Shown here: positions 12,421 to 25,525 of the stretch, piece after piece
Layout: the number at the start of each line of letters is the position of its first letter
Numbering within the stretch: position 1 is the first letter of the stretch
NCBI RefSeq assembly: GCF_001194135.2
Contig: NC_068997.1
Location: 31,189,676 to 31,253,675, forward strand
Direction: 5' to 3'
Length of the DNA stretch: 64,000 nucleotides
DNA from: Octopus bimaculoides
Taxonomy: Eukaryota
Program-made: the position numbers and the translations under genes
The notes under the pieces: generated by a model
What the model was told of the DNA's origin: nothing
Seen by the model: only the letters and a program-made list of their open reading frames with translations
Databases searched by the model: none

Positions 12421-13739
12421 TGTGACTTTGTGCCAGTTGATGAGAAGTTAGAGTGCGATTAAGGGGACAGAAACAGGTATGTTGCAGTAGAGAAGATACA
12501 TTGCTGCCCCAGGTGGAAACAGAGAGAAGAAGAGAAAGAGAAGAGGGTGATGAAGATGTGTTGGGGCATTCCCTCAAAGAGAAAGGTGTGCATATGGTAA
12601 GTAGTACAGAGGATTGGATAAGGTTAGTGAGTTGTAAAGTTCATGAGAGTGTGAAAGGTGAGATGGAGGGGAGCGGATTGCAGTGAGAAGTGAACATGGG
12701 TGGAGGGAGGGGCATAAAGCAATATGTTTTTGGAGCGAGATTCATCGGAGACATGGATTGTATGCAGGAGTACAGACACAGGCAATATGACTTTAGGGCC
12801 TCAATTTTACTTAGATGGACATGACTTCTGAAGCCCAAATCATCAATCATCTCAGTTCTTTGTCAGCTCATCTGTAAAGCACAAAATGTGAGGGTAATTT
12901 TTCCTCACTTTGTCCCAGGACTTCCTAGGTATTTCTTGTTATCAGGTTCTGTCCACCTTGATATGTATATATTTTTGCAAAGACATACACATGTTAATTA
13001 ACATTAATTTCCTTAGGAATTAATTTCATTTGTTTTATATATTACATAATCAACAACTACCTCATCTTTTATAAAAATATTACTACACAAAGCTAATACT
13101 CTTTCACTAATACAAAGTATATATATTTCGTTTTTTGTATGTTTTTTGCAAGATACTTTATGTGAATTCATGTGTTGAAGCATATTTTATTGTGTCTGGA
13201 AAGATTCATTCTCTTTTAGTGTCTTGTTAATTTTACACATTCACCGGTCCAATTTCCATTCATTTATTTATTTAGTTTTACTTAAATTTTCATTGTGTCT
13301 TGCAATCTTTTCAATAGTCATTGACTCTCCGATTATTGAAAAGGCACAACAAAAATTTTAGCATAAATAAATAAATGAGTGGAAATCGGACTGGTGAGTG
13401 AGTTAAATTAATAAGGTGTTAAAAGAGAATGACTCTCCCCAGACACAATAAAATATATATAGTTAAATGTTAAATCCATCTGCCAAATATTACAGACACA
13501 ATAGACATACATAACTGTAATAAATATAGAAATGTACAGATATGTTAAAACAGAAAAGACAGAAATGCTTAATACTCAGGTGATACCATTCTTCACTGCT
13601 TTTTAACTTCCACACACAGGTGTTAGTAACACAGATGTTTTATATAACTTCTACATAACCTCTATAATCTTGTTTATTTATAAGAACAGCCTAATGCTCA
13701 TAACAAAGAAACATTCTCCCACCACTCGCTCTTGCTAGT

Positions 13740-14200
13740 CCTAAACTGCGTACAGCTAAATCCTTAAGGACACCACAAATGCTAGGCCTCTCAAGTACCG
13801 ACGATCTCACATGGCAATTTCAAATCTATAATATATCAAACAAGTGTCTCAAAGTGTTGTCTTACTTTTAAGAATCAGATCATACTTCAGCTCTGCAAAG
13901 TTCTTCATTGTAAGACCCTCAATTAATATGGTCCCCACAACAGGAAAGAGGCTGCACTTAAACATCAGGAATAATCTATATTGCACGAAAATGAACACCA
14001 GTCAGCTGATTGGTCAAGACTCATTTTACAATACCCTCCAATTTCTATCTGCAAAAGCTCTGTCCCCTGACTCTTATACATTTGCTGATAATATAATGGT
14101 CATTATTACTCTCATTCACAAGTCTATGTGTTCCCACTCATTTCCCAAACTAACCACTTTTCCAAATACTTCCTCCTCAAGATGCTAATCCTTCAAAATT
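13740..14200 (+). mobile_element. Decayed CR1/L2-like RT fragment
   Basis: MVPTTGKRLHLNIRNNL...YTFADNIMVI resembles a degenerate GVPQGSVLGPLLFxIYINDL...LFADD. Confidence 0.35.
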
Positions 14201-16859
14201 ATATTCATACCCATTACTCTTGTAACACTTATTCAAACTGGCTATAACTTGTAGCTGATCAACCTGAACATTAGTCACATCTATCTAAGCAATCAACAAA
14301 TGTCATGAATTAATTGCTTCATCTTTATAGAAAGTATATAAACTACAACGAATATATATTTATCATATATTTGAGAAGTTAGTGTGTTTCTATCATTTAC
14401 ATCTCTTTCTTTTATATATAACTATTGCCTGATCTCTGCTGCCAACACAATGCTCCCATTTACTGTTCTGATTCTTCCTTCATCTCATTAAAAGCTTTTC
14501 TACTTTCATCATTTCCTTTCCTTTTCTTTCTCATTCTTTCTTTTCCTCTGCCAATCTAATATTATCAATACTTCTTTCACTTCTCTCTTACCTTTACTTT
14601 ATCTCTCTTTTTCTAAAAGCTAAATAGCAAAGTAACAATTTAGCTTAAGACTCGATTAATGTAGAGATTCTGCTGAATACGTTGCTATGTGCATCAACCT
14701 CTAATACTGATATATCAGGTGATTGAAATTTATTTAACGAACTGAAATTAGGCAAATTTTAAATTATGGTCATTTATCAAATGTAGTCTTTCTTTTATGA
14801 TTAATTTACTAATTGGGCTTCTATCATTAATAATGAGTGGCCATGAAAATGCACCAAAAACTCGTTATCAGTAGAATATTCTAGACGTAATTATTTTCAT
14901 TGAGTACTGAGAAAAGTTAATGAATTGAAAATGACTAGAGTGGAAATTTGTAAAGTTCCACCTCTGTAATATTAATTTGTTGAAATACTTCCCTAGTTAG
15001 TGACAAATGAAATAGTACCAAGTGTGCCTGATTGGTGTCTGATTTGTGGTACTAACTTTCAATGAGAAGGAATTGGAAGCCAAATTATTAGAATGTCTAT
15101 TGTTTTATAAAACTGCATGAAGGAAACGGTACAAAAGTTATTTGACCAGTAAAGCTTCCAGAAACAAAAATATAATATTGACATATTAATAGCAGAAATC
15201 AATGACTTTAGACACACTGCAGACCAAAGGGCAGTGATTTTTGCTAGTTTTGACAAGGTTCAATTGCAAGAATCTGGAACTGGCTTCCTGGAATTTAATG
15301 GCAGATCTTTAAAGACATTCTTGTTTCAGTCTATTGCTTGCCAAAGTATGTCAGTATATTAGCAAAAAGAATTTGTTCCATGGATCCTAACTTACTCAGG
15401 AGTGACCCACGCATTATGGCTTCAGGAACATCCTCTACAGAACATGTAGAATCAGATGGACAGTATCAGCTGAGGGAAATGGTACATAGCCACTAACTCA
15501 TTTATACTTCTGAATGACACCATCTTAGACAGTCCATTTGACATTACCTACCTCAACCTGTTCAGACACTATAGAAATATAATATTGTTATTGTCTACAT
15601 CTACTTGTTTTGTCACTATGTTCTGTCTGGATCCACTTCTTTGACTTATCAGCATGAGTGGCCCTACAAGACTAATAGATTGCACTCAGAGTTACTGGAC
15701 CACACAAGACCTCCACTACAGCATACACTTATTATCAACATAATGCTATAGCAATTGCAGCTGGATTTCTTTTATCTGTTGTTGCTTCCATACCCTGCAT
15801 GGGAGCTATACAGCAAATTCTATTTTCAAACTCTTCTTATACTTGATGCACTTGTGTGCCATATTACCATGAATTTCAAAATCTGATAAGTCCTTTAGAG
15901 ATATCAAATGATTGCCATGGATTAATGTTTAATGAAAAACAAGTGAATTCTAGAGGCTCTGAGTAAATCAATGAAGGATAATATGACAATATATCTAAAA
16001 AAAAGGCAGAGTAGCTGTGTTGTTACCATGTGGCTTCCATCAGACCCAACCAGTGATCCCAAAAGGAAGAAGAATCAATGGAATCTATGCTTGCCGTAAT
16101 TTGGTATCACTTTAAAACAAAATTAAAATCTTTAAACTGTTTAGAAACATGAGAGCTAATCTTTTGGGAGATCAACTGTCTCATCTAAATGAGAAACTGT
16201 AATAAAAATAAAACAAAACAGTCAATCCAAAATTTAAAAAGGAAAATTATAGTTATCTGAAAAAGAAGAAAAAACAGGTGGGAAACACTATAAGATTAAA
16301 AAAGATTTCTAACTGGAGGGAATAAGAACAGGGAAATGAAGAGAAGTAGCAAATAGATGAATGACTAAATTAGCGACATTAAGAGAAGGGACAAGCGGGG
16401 AAAGTTAGGGAGAAAAATGACAATGAGAGTATTTATAGAAAAGAGAAAAGGAAGCCATGTCACAATGATAAAAGTGGGGTTGAAGTTTAGCTACCAAAAC
16501 AGGGCCAATAATGTCAGAAACAATGCTTTAAAGTCGATCAAGGAGAGGAAGAATAGCAACTGGGACATCAGCCCAAATGTGACAATAGCATCCTACACTA
16601 AGTTAAACACAATATGTACAAAAATGAAGAAAGCATTTGGAGAAAACATAATGATAAGAACAATGAAGAGAACGAAACTTCATAGAGAAAATCCAGACAT
16701 GTTCCAAACTCATTGTGACCTCATTAGCAAAGCCGTGACACCACTGAACCGATCAACACTGGAAGAAAAATATCATTGAGTAAATGTGGATTGGATGCCA
16801 TTGAAAATAGAATTGTTTAGGTGTTAAATATCAACAACAATTCAACTAAAACCTATAAA

Positions 16860-17030
16860 AGAAATTGTCATAGGATTTAAGCAGTTGACCAGAAAACCAG
16901 CAGCTATGCAGATCATTAAATAAACTATTTATATAAAATTCTACACCAGCAAAATACTCATGTAGTCCTTCGATTTAGTCTTCCTAAGCACAAGTTTCTT
17001 CAGATACATAAAAGATATGAACTTCCAGTA
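16860..17030 (+). repeat. 171-bp near-identical duplicated segment, copy 2, followed by tandem 13-mers (tatgaacttccag)
   Basis: Matches 11227-11397; the terminal 13-mer is reiterated to about 17065. Confidence 0.9.
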
Positions 17031-17180
17031 TGAACTTCCAGTATGAACTTCCAGTATGAACTTCTATATTAAAGGGAGACATTTGATATGATGTATGTGT
17101 CAATTTAACAAGGAATTCTCAATAATATTTCATCTCTGCTCTGTATGATATGTTTAGATTTCTCAGTAATAACAACTTAC

Positions 17181-17355
17181 TCGGGATTTTCTCTTGTGAA
17201 ATAGAATATTCTAACTCTTTTCTGAATTTAATTATTTCTTCAAAAGTGTCTTTGGTACCATCATCAACAAGGATAAAATGTGAATGATTAGGATCCAAGG
17301 CATACTTTCCCTTGTTAGAACCAACTGGTACGGAATATTCTGCAGGCCATGATCC
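17181..17355 (-). CDS. TRPM: TRPM-family channel exon (GSWPAEYSVPVGSNKGKYALDPNHSHFILVDDGTKDTFEEIIKFRKELEYSISQEKIP)
   Basis: Acceptor gatttctAG and donor GTaagt; 175 nt = 58 codons + 1 nt. Contains the diagnostic LDxNHSHFILVDDGT motif. Not reported by the ORF track. Confidence 0.95.
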
Positions 17356-17949
17356 CTAGAAATCAAATCAATATTTTAATTGTTATACATATAAAAACCA
17401 TTGTCACATAAAAATATTTGTTTTGTTTCTTCTGATACAGAAAAATATACAGCTGAAAGAGATGGGGGGAGTAACAAAGAGCGGGGAAAAGTGGGAAAAA
17501 GAGAAAGACAGAGATAGCTTTGGAAATAGGGAAAGCATCAGAATATGGATTGTGTTGTACTGAATGTGTTTGTTAGGGAGATTTTAATGTTTACAGACAT
17601 TAAAAAAAGAACACCAATGAATTGCTCTACAGATGCATAATGACACTGTATACACTCACATGCACATAAACAACAAACGTAGACATGCGAATACTGAAGC
17701 ATAAAACAACAACAAACAAAATAACATGCACCAGCTAAAACCGAGGAGGGAGATGAAGCAATTGAAGAAATAACAAAAGCAGAAGAACTAAACATCACTT
17801 AGTCAATAAATATGGACCAGCATAAATTCTCCCCAGGCTACAGAAAAAAAAACAGCTCTATGAAAGGAATCAGTTTACACTTGAAAAATGAAATTGCAAG
17901 TGAAGAGGGAAGTGCTGTCCTTGAGTATTGAAAGGTGGGCGAAAGTTGC

Positions 17950-19037
17950 GAAAATGGCAGGAGTGGATGGTACCTCTCTCAGTGTAGACCTGTAAGTCGG
18001 AGTGGGCACTTGCTCTTGGTGTTCAGGGAAATTGAGGACAGTGCGGTTTCTAGATTATGCTTATAGGTTCTCCTGTATCAGGAGGGCACCCGCAAACATC
18101 TAAAAAACAAAATGAAGAAAGAGTACACAACTGGAAAAGGAAACCGTTGCATGGGCAATACCTCAGAGAAATCGAAGGGAAAGACAAGATCAACACTTAC
18201 AGATAGTTAGGAAAAAGTGATCTGAAAGGATGCACTGAGACATTGGCATGTAGCACCCAGGAAAACTCTGAGAACTGATTACACCAAATTCCAAATAGAT
18301 AAGAACGGTGAACCGCCTCTTTTTAGGATGTGTGCAAGCGAAACCGAAACAATTTCACATATCGTGAGTGAGTGTAGCAAGCTGTCTCAAAAGCACTACA
18401 AAAGGAAGCACGACAACGTGACTAAGTTTGTGTACTGGAGGTTATGGGAAAAGTGCGACCTGAACAGAACACGGAAATGGTACGAATATGAACCAGAAGA
18501 AGTCACCGAAAACAAGGTGCAAAAGTTATTGTGAGATTTTACAATCCAGTGCGACTCCCCAATCGAGGTTCGGAGACCAGATATTGTTGTGGTAGATAAA
18601 GGGAAAAAGGAAACCAAGATCATAGATATTGCAATACCTTAAGATTCATGCATAAGTGACAAAAAACTAGAAAAGATTGAAAAGTACAAACTCCTAAAAG
18701 ATAAAATTGCATGAATGAGGAGAGGGTCTGTCATTCCAATAGTTTTAAGGGCACTCGGAGCACTAACAACCAAGTTCGAAAAATATTTCAAAGAAATCGG
18801 AATTTAGATTAGAGCAGAGCAAGGCCAAAAAACTGATCTGATGGGGACAGGTAGGATTTTGAGATTGGTACTTGTATGTTGAATGTTTCCCACGATAATT
18901 AACAACCAAGTATCTTATAATGTGCAGAAAGAGATTTTGTGGGACCTCTGACAGCAGGCTGCTGTCTGCTCTCGTAGAATCTACCAGAACAAACGAGACT
19001 TAACATTCTGAGAAGTAATGCAATGATAATAATAATC
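17950..19037 (+). mobile_element. R4/Dong-type LINE, 3' part (CCHC finger, RLE nuclease, 3' UTR)
   Basis: CASETETISHIVSECSKLSQKHYKRKHDNV..KWYEYEPE..RRPDIVVVDK..IIDIAIP..GALGAL; short aataataat tail near 19030. Confidence 0.85.
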
Positions 19038-19422
19038 CGAATAACAGAGAGTTCCGCACTCAAATACAGAGAACTCCGCGCTGAATAACAGAGAGCTCTG
19101 CGCTGAATAACAACATGGAAGTGATACACTGGGCTCTCTATGCAAAACAAATCTAATCTAACAAAGTCGGTGCAATGGGAAAAATGAATTTATGGAAGAC
19201 TGGACGGAAGTGGCCTTTTAACGAACGTAACCAAAAGAAACGAAATTTTACTGCCATAGAAAGCACAGTTTCCCCCCATGAACTATGTCTCAGTGAAACA
19301 TGCGCGAAAGATTCATGCAACATCAACATCGGAAACTCTACAAACTATAGAATGGAACAAAACAGCGAGTATGTAAATTACGCATACACTCGAATGCCAA
19401 TAAAATCATGTATACATATTAA

Positions 19423-20312
19423 GGATCTTTTTGGTTTGATGGGCAACATTTTTCATTTATGTTTTACGTAGTGTTTTTGGTACCGAAACACTTTCAAACT
19501 TCGAATACTTGTATATTTTATGTTATAGAACAGATAAAAAAATTTGTATTCGAAGTTATTTCATGTAAAAAAATTGTCGTATTTCGGTAATTTCAACCAA
19601 TCACTGACGTCTATTGAGGTGAAAACAATTACGCCGTGGAATGTAAACAACGGTGTCTGGGGATCTTTTCCCCTTGAGTAAAATTAGTGCCATTGTTTGT
19701 AAACAAAAACTATCCGTTGTCAACAACAACTATCAGCGGTATATATTTCGTTTGTCACTGTTATTTATGACATCGTTCGTGCGTTTGTACTGGTTGTAGC
19801 TTTAGGGTTTTAGGGTTAGGGTTCGGGTTTTAGAGTTAGGGTTAGCTTTAGGATTACGGTTAGGGTTATGATTATTTTTGCCATAACCTTAACCCTAACC
19901 CTAAATCCCTATAACTCATAACCCAAACCCTAACCCTAACCCTAACCCTAACCCTAACCCCAACCCTAATCCTAAAACCCTAACCCTAACTCTAAAACCC
20001 GAAACCTAACCCTAAAACCTAAACCCTTACTAGGGAATAATGATATAATTAAACAGGGAATAACACTCTTAACACCGGTAAAAATTATTGTTTATAAAAA
20101 TAGCAGTAACTGTATTCAGCTGAATAGACGTCAGTGATTGGTTGAAATTACAGAAATACGACAACTTTAACATGAAATAACTTATTAAGAAGTAATTTTT
20201 GTTAAGAAGGCTAATAGAAAAAGATGTTTTATATGACACATTCTACCAGCGTCCCAAGTTTGAAAGTGTTTCGTTAAGAAAACAAGTGTTGCCCGTCAAA
20301 CCAAAAAGATCC
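19423..20312. mobile_element. Palindromic non-autonomous DNA transposon (MITE/foldback) with 8-bp TSD CATATTAA
   Basis: TIR GGATCTTTTTGGTTTGATGGGCAAC (19423-19447) vs GTTGCCCGTCAAACCAAAAAGATCC (20288-20312), 24/25 match. Further inverted blocks at 19553-19615 and 20122-20183. CATATTAA at 19415-19422 and 20313-20320. Confidence 0.9.
19801..20026. repeat. Inverted interstitial telomere-like arrays: (TTAGGG)n-like then (CCCTAA)n-like
   Basis: Degenerate TTAGGG units at 19801-19868 and CCCTAA units at 19885-20026, inside the MITE. Confidence 0.92.
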
Positions 20313-20316
20313 CATA

Positions 20317-22638
20317 TTAAACCTTTTAAAACGGTTGATGTATATTTACGCACGCAATGTACATGCTTTAAATGGGTCGAAATAATTGTACGCCGCCTGA
20401 CTTAGAACCTGTCAGTACCAGTCCACCTGCCTAGGCTGACTAGATGTTTCGTGTAAATATTTACAGCTCGATAGGCTGGTTACGTGTTTCATGTAAACAC
20501 TTACAACTCGGAAGTAGGCTTTATTTTTATATAAGCTGTTGTTCTGGTGATTATACCCCATTAGCAATATAGCTTCCAGTCAACTCTAAACCAATCTACG
20601 TTCATCATCCCATACTGCCAGTACTCGCAGGGATTCTGCTATAACTGAATCTTTTGATCCTGCGCGTAATTTCCGGTCGCGTTCCACCACACTGAATTCG
20701 TCACGTTCGTCATCAACTTCATTGCTTTCGTCATCAGCTTCGTCGCGTTCGTCATCAACTTCGTCGCGTTCGTCATCGCTTCATGCCACTCGTGCTTCCT
20801 CGCGTTCTACTACTCCCTTTCCAGCAACATCGTCATCGCATCCTACTACTCCGGCTCCGTCAACTTCGTCGTCACGTCCTGTTTCATCGAATTTACGGTC
20901 GTCGCGCCAAACTACACCAAACTCCACCACCACACCAGTTATTTCTTTCGGCTCGGACTATGACTCGGTTAATGAGCAATTTCCTCGTTCAGAATCAGAT
21001 GATTCCAATAGCGATGATGATATTCCAGTGAATCAAAGCTACAGGTGGGCAGTAGTGAATGGCCCTGGAGAACAGAATATCGTGTGACGATCGAGAAATA
21101 ATTTCGTCCTATGGCATGGGTAAGCGCGGCACAAAAGTAAACCTTGAACATGGAAGTTCGCCATTGGAAATCTTCCGCGAGTTTTGGGCGGATGAAATGT
21201 TCCAATATATAGCGACGAAACGAATGACTATACTGAAAGCCATCCCCAGGATATCAGATCCGGGCATGGCGGTAATTGGTTTCCAACCACAGGGGACGAA
21301 ATCAAAGTTCTGCTTGCCCTGCTACTACTAATGGGTATCGTGAAAAAACCGACTCAGGAGTCATATTGGAATCGAGACCTAGCCACGTCGATACCTTTCT
21401 TTCTGGAAACGATGCTACGTGGTTGATTTTTGGCACTTCTTTTAAATCTATATTTCATTTCAAGCGAGAACCAGGATGATAGGATGCACAAAATATGTCC
21501 TATCGTTGACGAAGCGGCTGAAAATTTCAGAACGGTGTATGTTCTCATATAGGACATTTGTTCGGAGAGTTTGTGGAAATTCAAGAGAAGGCTCCGATTC
21601 AAATAATATAACCCAACCAAACGTGTTCGCTTTGGAGTCAAGGTTTATAAAGTATACCAGTCAAGTGGCCGAGCCTGTAGGTACAAGTGAAATTTCAAAA
21701 TCTACACGGGTCAGGACAGATTCGATCTTCCAGCGCCTGTTCTAGCGTCAACTAATGTCGTGTTGTCACTGGATGAAAACTTGTTTCACAAAGGCTACAA
21801 TATTTATATGGACAACTGGTTTTCCAGTCCAGACCTCTTTTTACAGCTGCAGGTGAGGAGAACTAATGCTTGTGGCACTGTGAAGACGCACAGGAAAAAC
21901 ATGCGACCCAATCGTCACAGGATAAAACTTCGAAAGGGAGAAACAGCGTACTGATGCACCGATAGTGTAATTCTCACCCTGGTATGGCGTGAGAAGGAAA
22001 AAGTTTCTATGTTATCCACAATGCATTCTGCAAACATGAAGGACACTAGGAAACAAGGTAATGCCATAATGAAACCGTGTATAGTGGTTTATACAATGAA
22101 GTGATGGGCGGGGTCGAGAAAATTTGTGAAATGCTCCAAAACTTTTCTTGTATATAGTTGACATGCGTATCGTGAACTCACATTTGATTTGGCTGATGCT
22201 TGGCGGTGTGGGCGGTGTGGGGGATGACAAAGTACAGATCGTGCGGACGTCCCAATGACGAACTCTCTCCTCACCTCATAGTGAAAGGACATGGATATTT
22301 TCCACGACTGTTTTCCCCCACCGCCAAGAAGACAAATGCTTCAAACAGATACTCAACATGTAAAGTAAAAGGGAAACGTTAAGAAAATTGATACCATTGT
22401 TCACAATGTGATATGCCACTGTGTGTGACCCTGCTTTGAATTCTACCTCACTAAAGTATATTTTTGAATTCATGTGATAGTAAATACATTAAGTTGATTT
22501 CACGTGTGCTGTCGAATGATCTTCTTGAAGAATAATACCGCATCAACGTCCTGCACAGGGATATAGTCTAGGTAAATAAACAGTACTTGTGCTAAAGTGG
22601 TTGACGTAAATATACGCCAAACTCTTGCCATACATTAA
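20317..22638 (+). mobile_element. piggyBac (PGBD4-like) transposon relic, near full length, pseudogenised
   Basis: SPLEIFREFWADEMFQYIA; LLLLMGIVKKP..SYW; KGYNIYMDNWFSSPDLFLQL..NACGTV; C-terminal CxxC..CSQCDMPLC. TTAA at 20317-20320 and 22635-22638, each at the same distance from an inverted gtatatttacg/cgtaaatatac motif, although the outermost 14 nt do not match. Confidence 0.85.
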
Positions 22639-22989
22639 TTGCTGATCTCAGCCGAGACGATTACCATCGGTGCAACCGAATAGCTTGGTAGAAAAACCCG
22701 TTGTCATGGGGTTTATAAACATAGGCCTACACACATTCCAGTGTTTACAGAATTAGCTGAAATATACACGACACACATACACACATTGGAAAGCACATGT
22801 CACAAACGAAACAAAACAATAACTAAACAATTTCTCCGAACTAATACAGACACTTTAAAATACTACAAAGAAAATATGCCCGGAGATAAATCTGTCAGCG
22901 AATAAATAAATAAATAAATAAATGCGAATTCCTTTCTGTTAGCCTAATGTCATCAAACACCTAAACCTTCAGGTTACGAGAAACGTTTT

Positions 22990-25110
22990 TATTCAAGGAA
23001 TTCGGAGTCGGTTTTGGCCCAAGAAGTTAACGGTAAACAGACAAATCCATCCCCTCATATCAACGTCCAAGATCTTCATGTCTCAATGATAACAAAACAA
23101 AATTCACAGCGGATCCCATCACCTGGGGCAACAAGGGCCGCACATTCCAGTAAGGAGCCAGACTGGGAGAGAAAAATCAACTACTGATTCAAGTCTTCCC
23201 GAAACACAGGAGCTGGAAGTACTTCACAACCGGAATATTCCAACAAATGGCAATCCATGCTCGTCATCAAACAACTAAAAGAAAAAGAATGAAAAATGGT
23301 CCAGGGAAGATAATAAAGAAGTTCTTACGACCTTCTATCCTGCCATGTATTTCCCCACAAATAAATCTAATACTGAGCAAGGCTTCCTAAACTGGAGAGA
23401 GAAGTATCTTGAAGTAATATCCTTCATAGATAGTAACAAGCTTGCCAACGTCAGGAGAAACATTATAAAAATGAAATTACAAACTGAATTATAGATTGAC
23501 CAGATTAAACAATCAGGGTAAAAGGAACGCAGTTTCAGCTAAGGAAGATACTACTGAGGAAATAATTTCAGACCAACCGAGGTCTCATGAAAATGAAATA
23601 ATGATAAATAGAGTCAATATAACTGATAAGCAAAGTGAAATACTTCCTGAATCAGCCTTAAATACAAAGGAAGATGACAATCAAATAGATGAAGAAAATC
23701 ACACAGAGATTGACCCAACTGAACTAGATGATCTAAAAATTCAAATCATGATTGAATGGCTGAAACTAGTATGAATGAACGTGACATTATCTCAAAAATT
23801 TGCGACTCTAACCAAATCCTGAAAGTAATTGGTAAAATCAACCTTGCGATTTAAAGATATAATTTTAGCTAATGATGTTGATATTACAGATCTCAATCAC
23901 CGGTACTATGCATCCGCGAAAATCTCAATGATTCTATGTGGTGAAAAGATTAGAAAACGACAACATTCCCACAAGAGCCTATTTGGCAAGAGCGTATCCA
24001 ACAGCAAATTCAGTCACTTAGGTCTGATACAGGATGTTTTAAAAACTTCAAATCTGTCAAGAATATCAAACTAACAAAAATCCGAAAATTAAAGAAAAAG
24101 TATAATATAAAATCCATACTAGATCACTATACCATTATAGAAACTGTCAAGCAAAAGGTATCTGCTAAAGCCGCTGGCATAGCACGGTATGAAAAAGGTG
24201 CTAGGTTCTTGAAGGGAAACAGTTTTTACAGGAAAATAGATAAAACATCAGTTACAGAAAAGTTTGTCCCATCAAAAGAAGTGCAGGAATTCTTGAATAA
24301 AATTTGGGCAAAAGGCAATCTGCGCAATAAAAAGGCCCCTTGGATTGATAGAATATCTACAGACCCCTTAGAAGAGCAAAAGTATGTGGGTTTCAATGAA
24401 GAGGATTTAAAGTCTGCTCTGAGGAAATAAAGTAAATGGAAATCCCCAGGAAAAGATAAAATTCATAACTTCTGGTTGAACGCTTTCCTAGACAGTCATG
24501 AACTGCTGAGAAAACTTTAACGAGCCTCTTGACTACATAATGATGTTACATTTTCGCTTCCGAAAAATGAAGAAACAAATAAAGCAAAACACATTTGACT
24601 CATAACGTGCATCACAACAATGTATAAAACACAAACATCTGTCTTCACTGAATACACTTATAACTTCTAAATAGAATATGGCGTCTTCTCTAATGGGCAA
24701 AAAGGATGTAAACGTGGGTCTTATAATTGTAAAGATCAGCTACCCATCAATAAGATGATTTTGGAAGATTGCCAAAAAAATCACAAGAACTTATCAACAG
24801 CCTCGTTTGACTATAACAAAGCTTTTGACAGTCTACCACATAGCTGGATTGAAAAATGTTTGGAAATTCCTACAATAGCACCTACTCAGCGAAACTTCTT
24901 ACCTGATTTTGAATAGTGACAATGAAACTTTCGATGCTGGGAATGTAATAATTTCATTTGACATTTTCCACGGTCACTTTCTATCACCTCTTTTGTCTAG
25001 CCTTAATATTTCTTTCGGTATTGCTCGATGGTTTTCAATATAGCTATAACATTTTTGGTAAAATTATAAATCATCTCTTTTACATAGATCATTTAAAACT
25101 CATGGTTTTT
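22990..25110 (+). mobile_element. R4/Dong-type LINE, N-terminal region and RT, decayed
   Basis: VPSKEVQEFLNKIWAK; WKSPGKDKIHNFWL; QKGCKRGSYNCKDQL.INKMILEDC; KAFDSLPHSWIEKCL; INHLFYIDHLKL. Confidence 0.8.
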
Positions 25111-25479
25111 ATCATAAAATTCATTTCATAGAGCTCTTTCACTTGAACAAAACTGCTGTATAGTTTTCTTCAATATTTGGTGATATTGTTATGTGTGGGC
25201 ACAGTTGAATAAGAGACCAATGAAAGTCCTTGTAACACCAAAAATGAACCGAAAGCCAGGATTATAGCAGTATGCACCAACTTAAACAAGAAGACTGCTC
25301 AGAAGAATTGCAGGGGATTCTGACGTCGTCTCGTGGCCGTGGTTGAAGCCAGTGAGTCGTTCATTTATATAATAAATTTACTCTTTAGTATTTCGAGATA
25401 TTTTAATGTAATTTTGGTAAAATATCTGTTAAAATGAGCTGCGAGTGTTGTTTTCATTTGTGCGTAATTTAAACGCCCT

Positions 25480-25525
<46 letters not shown>

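Noticed and set aside
13862-13960. Possible TRPM exon FPVVGTILIEG on the minus strand with AG/GTAAG ends
   Set aside because: The exon at 11429-11541 supplies this motif with better similarity and correct phases; this region looks like a plus-strand LINE RT remnant.
19801-20026. Ancient telomere-telomere fusion site
   Set aside because: The arrays lie inside an element with TIRs and an exact 8-bp TSD and mirror each other's variant units, which indicates a transposon-borne inverted repeat.
20724-20737. Hammerhead-like CTGATGA-C-GAAA on the minus strand
   Set aside because: No stem II or flanking stems; it is part of a low-complexity repeat in the piggyBac 5' region.
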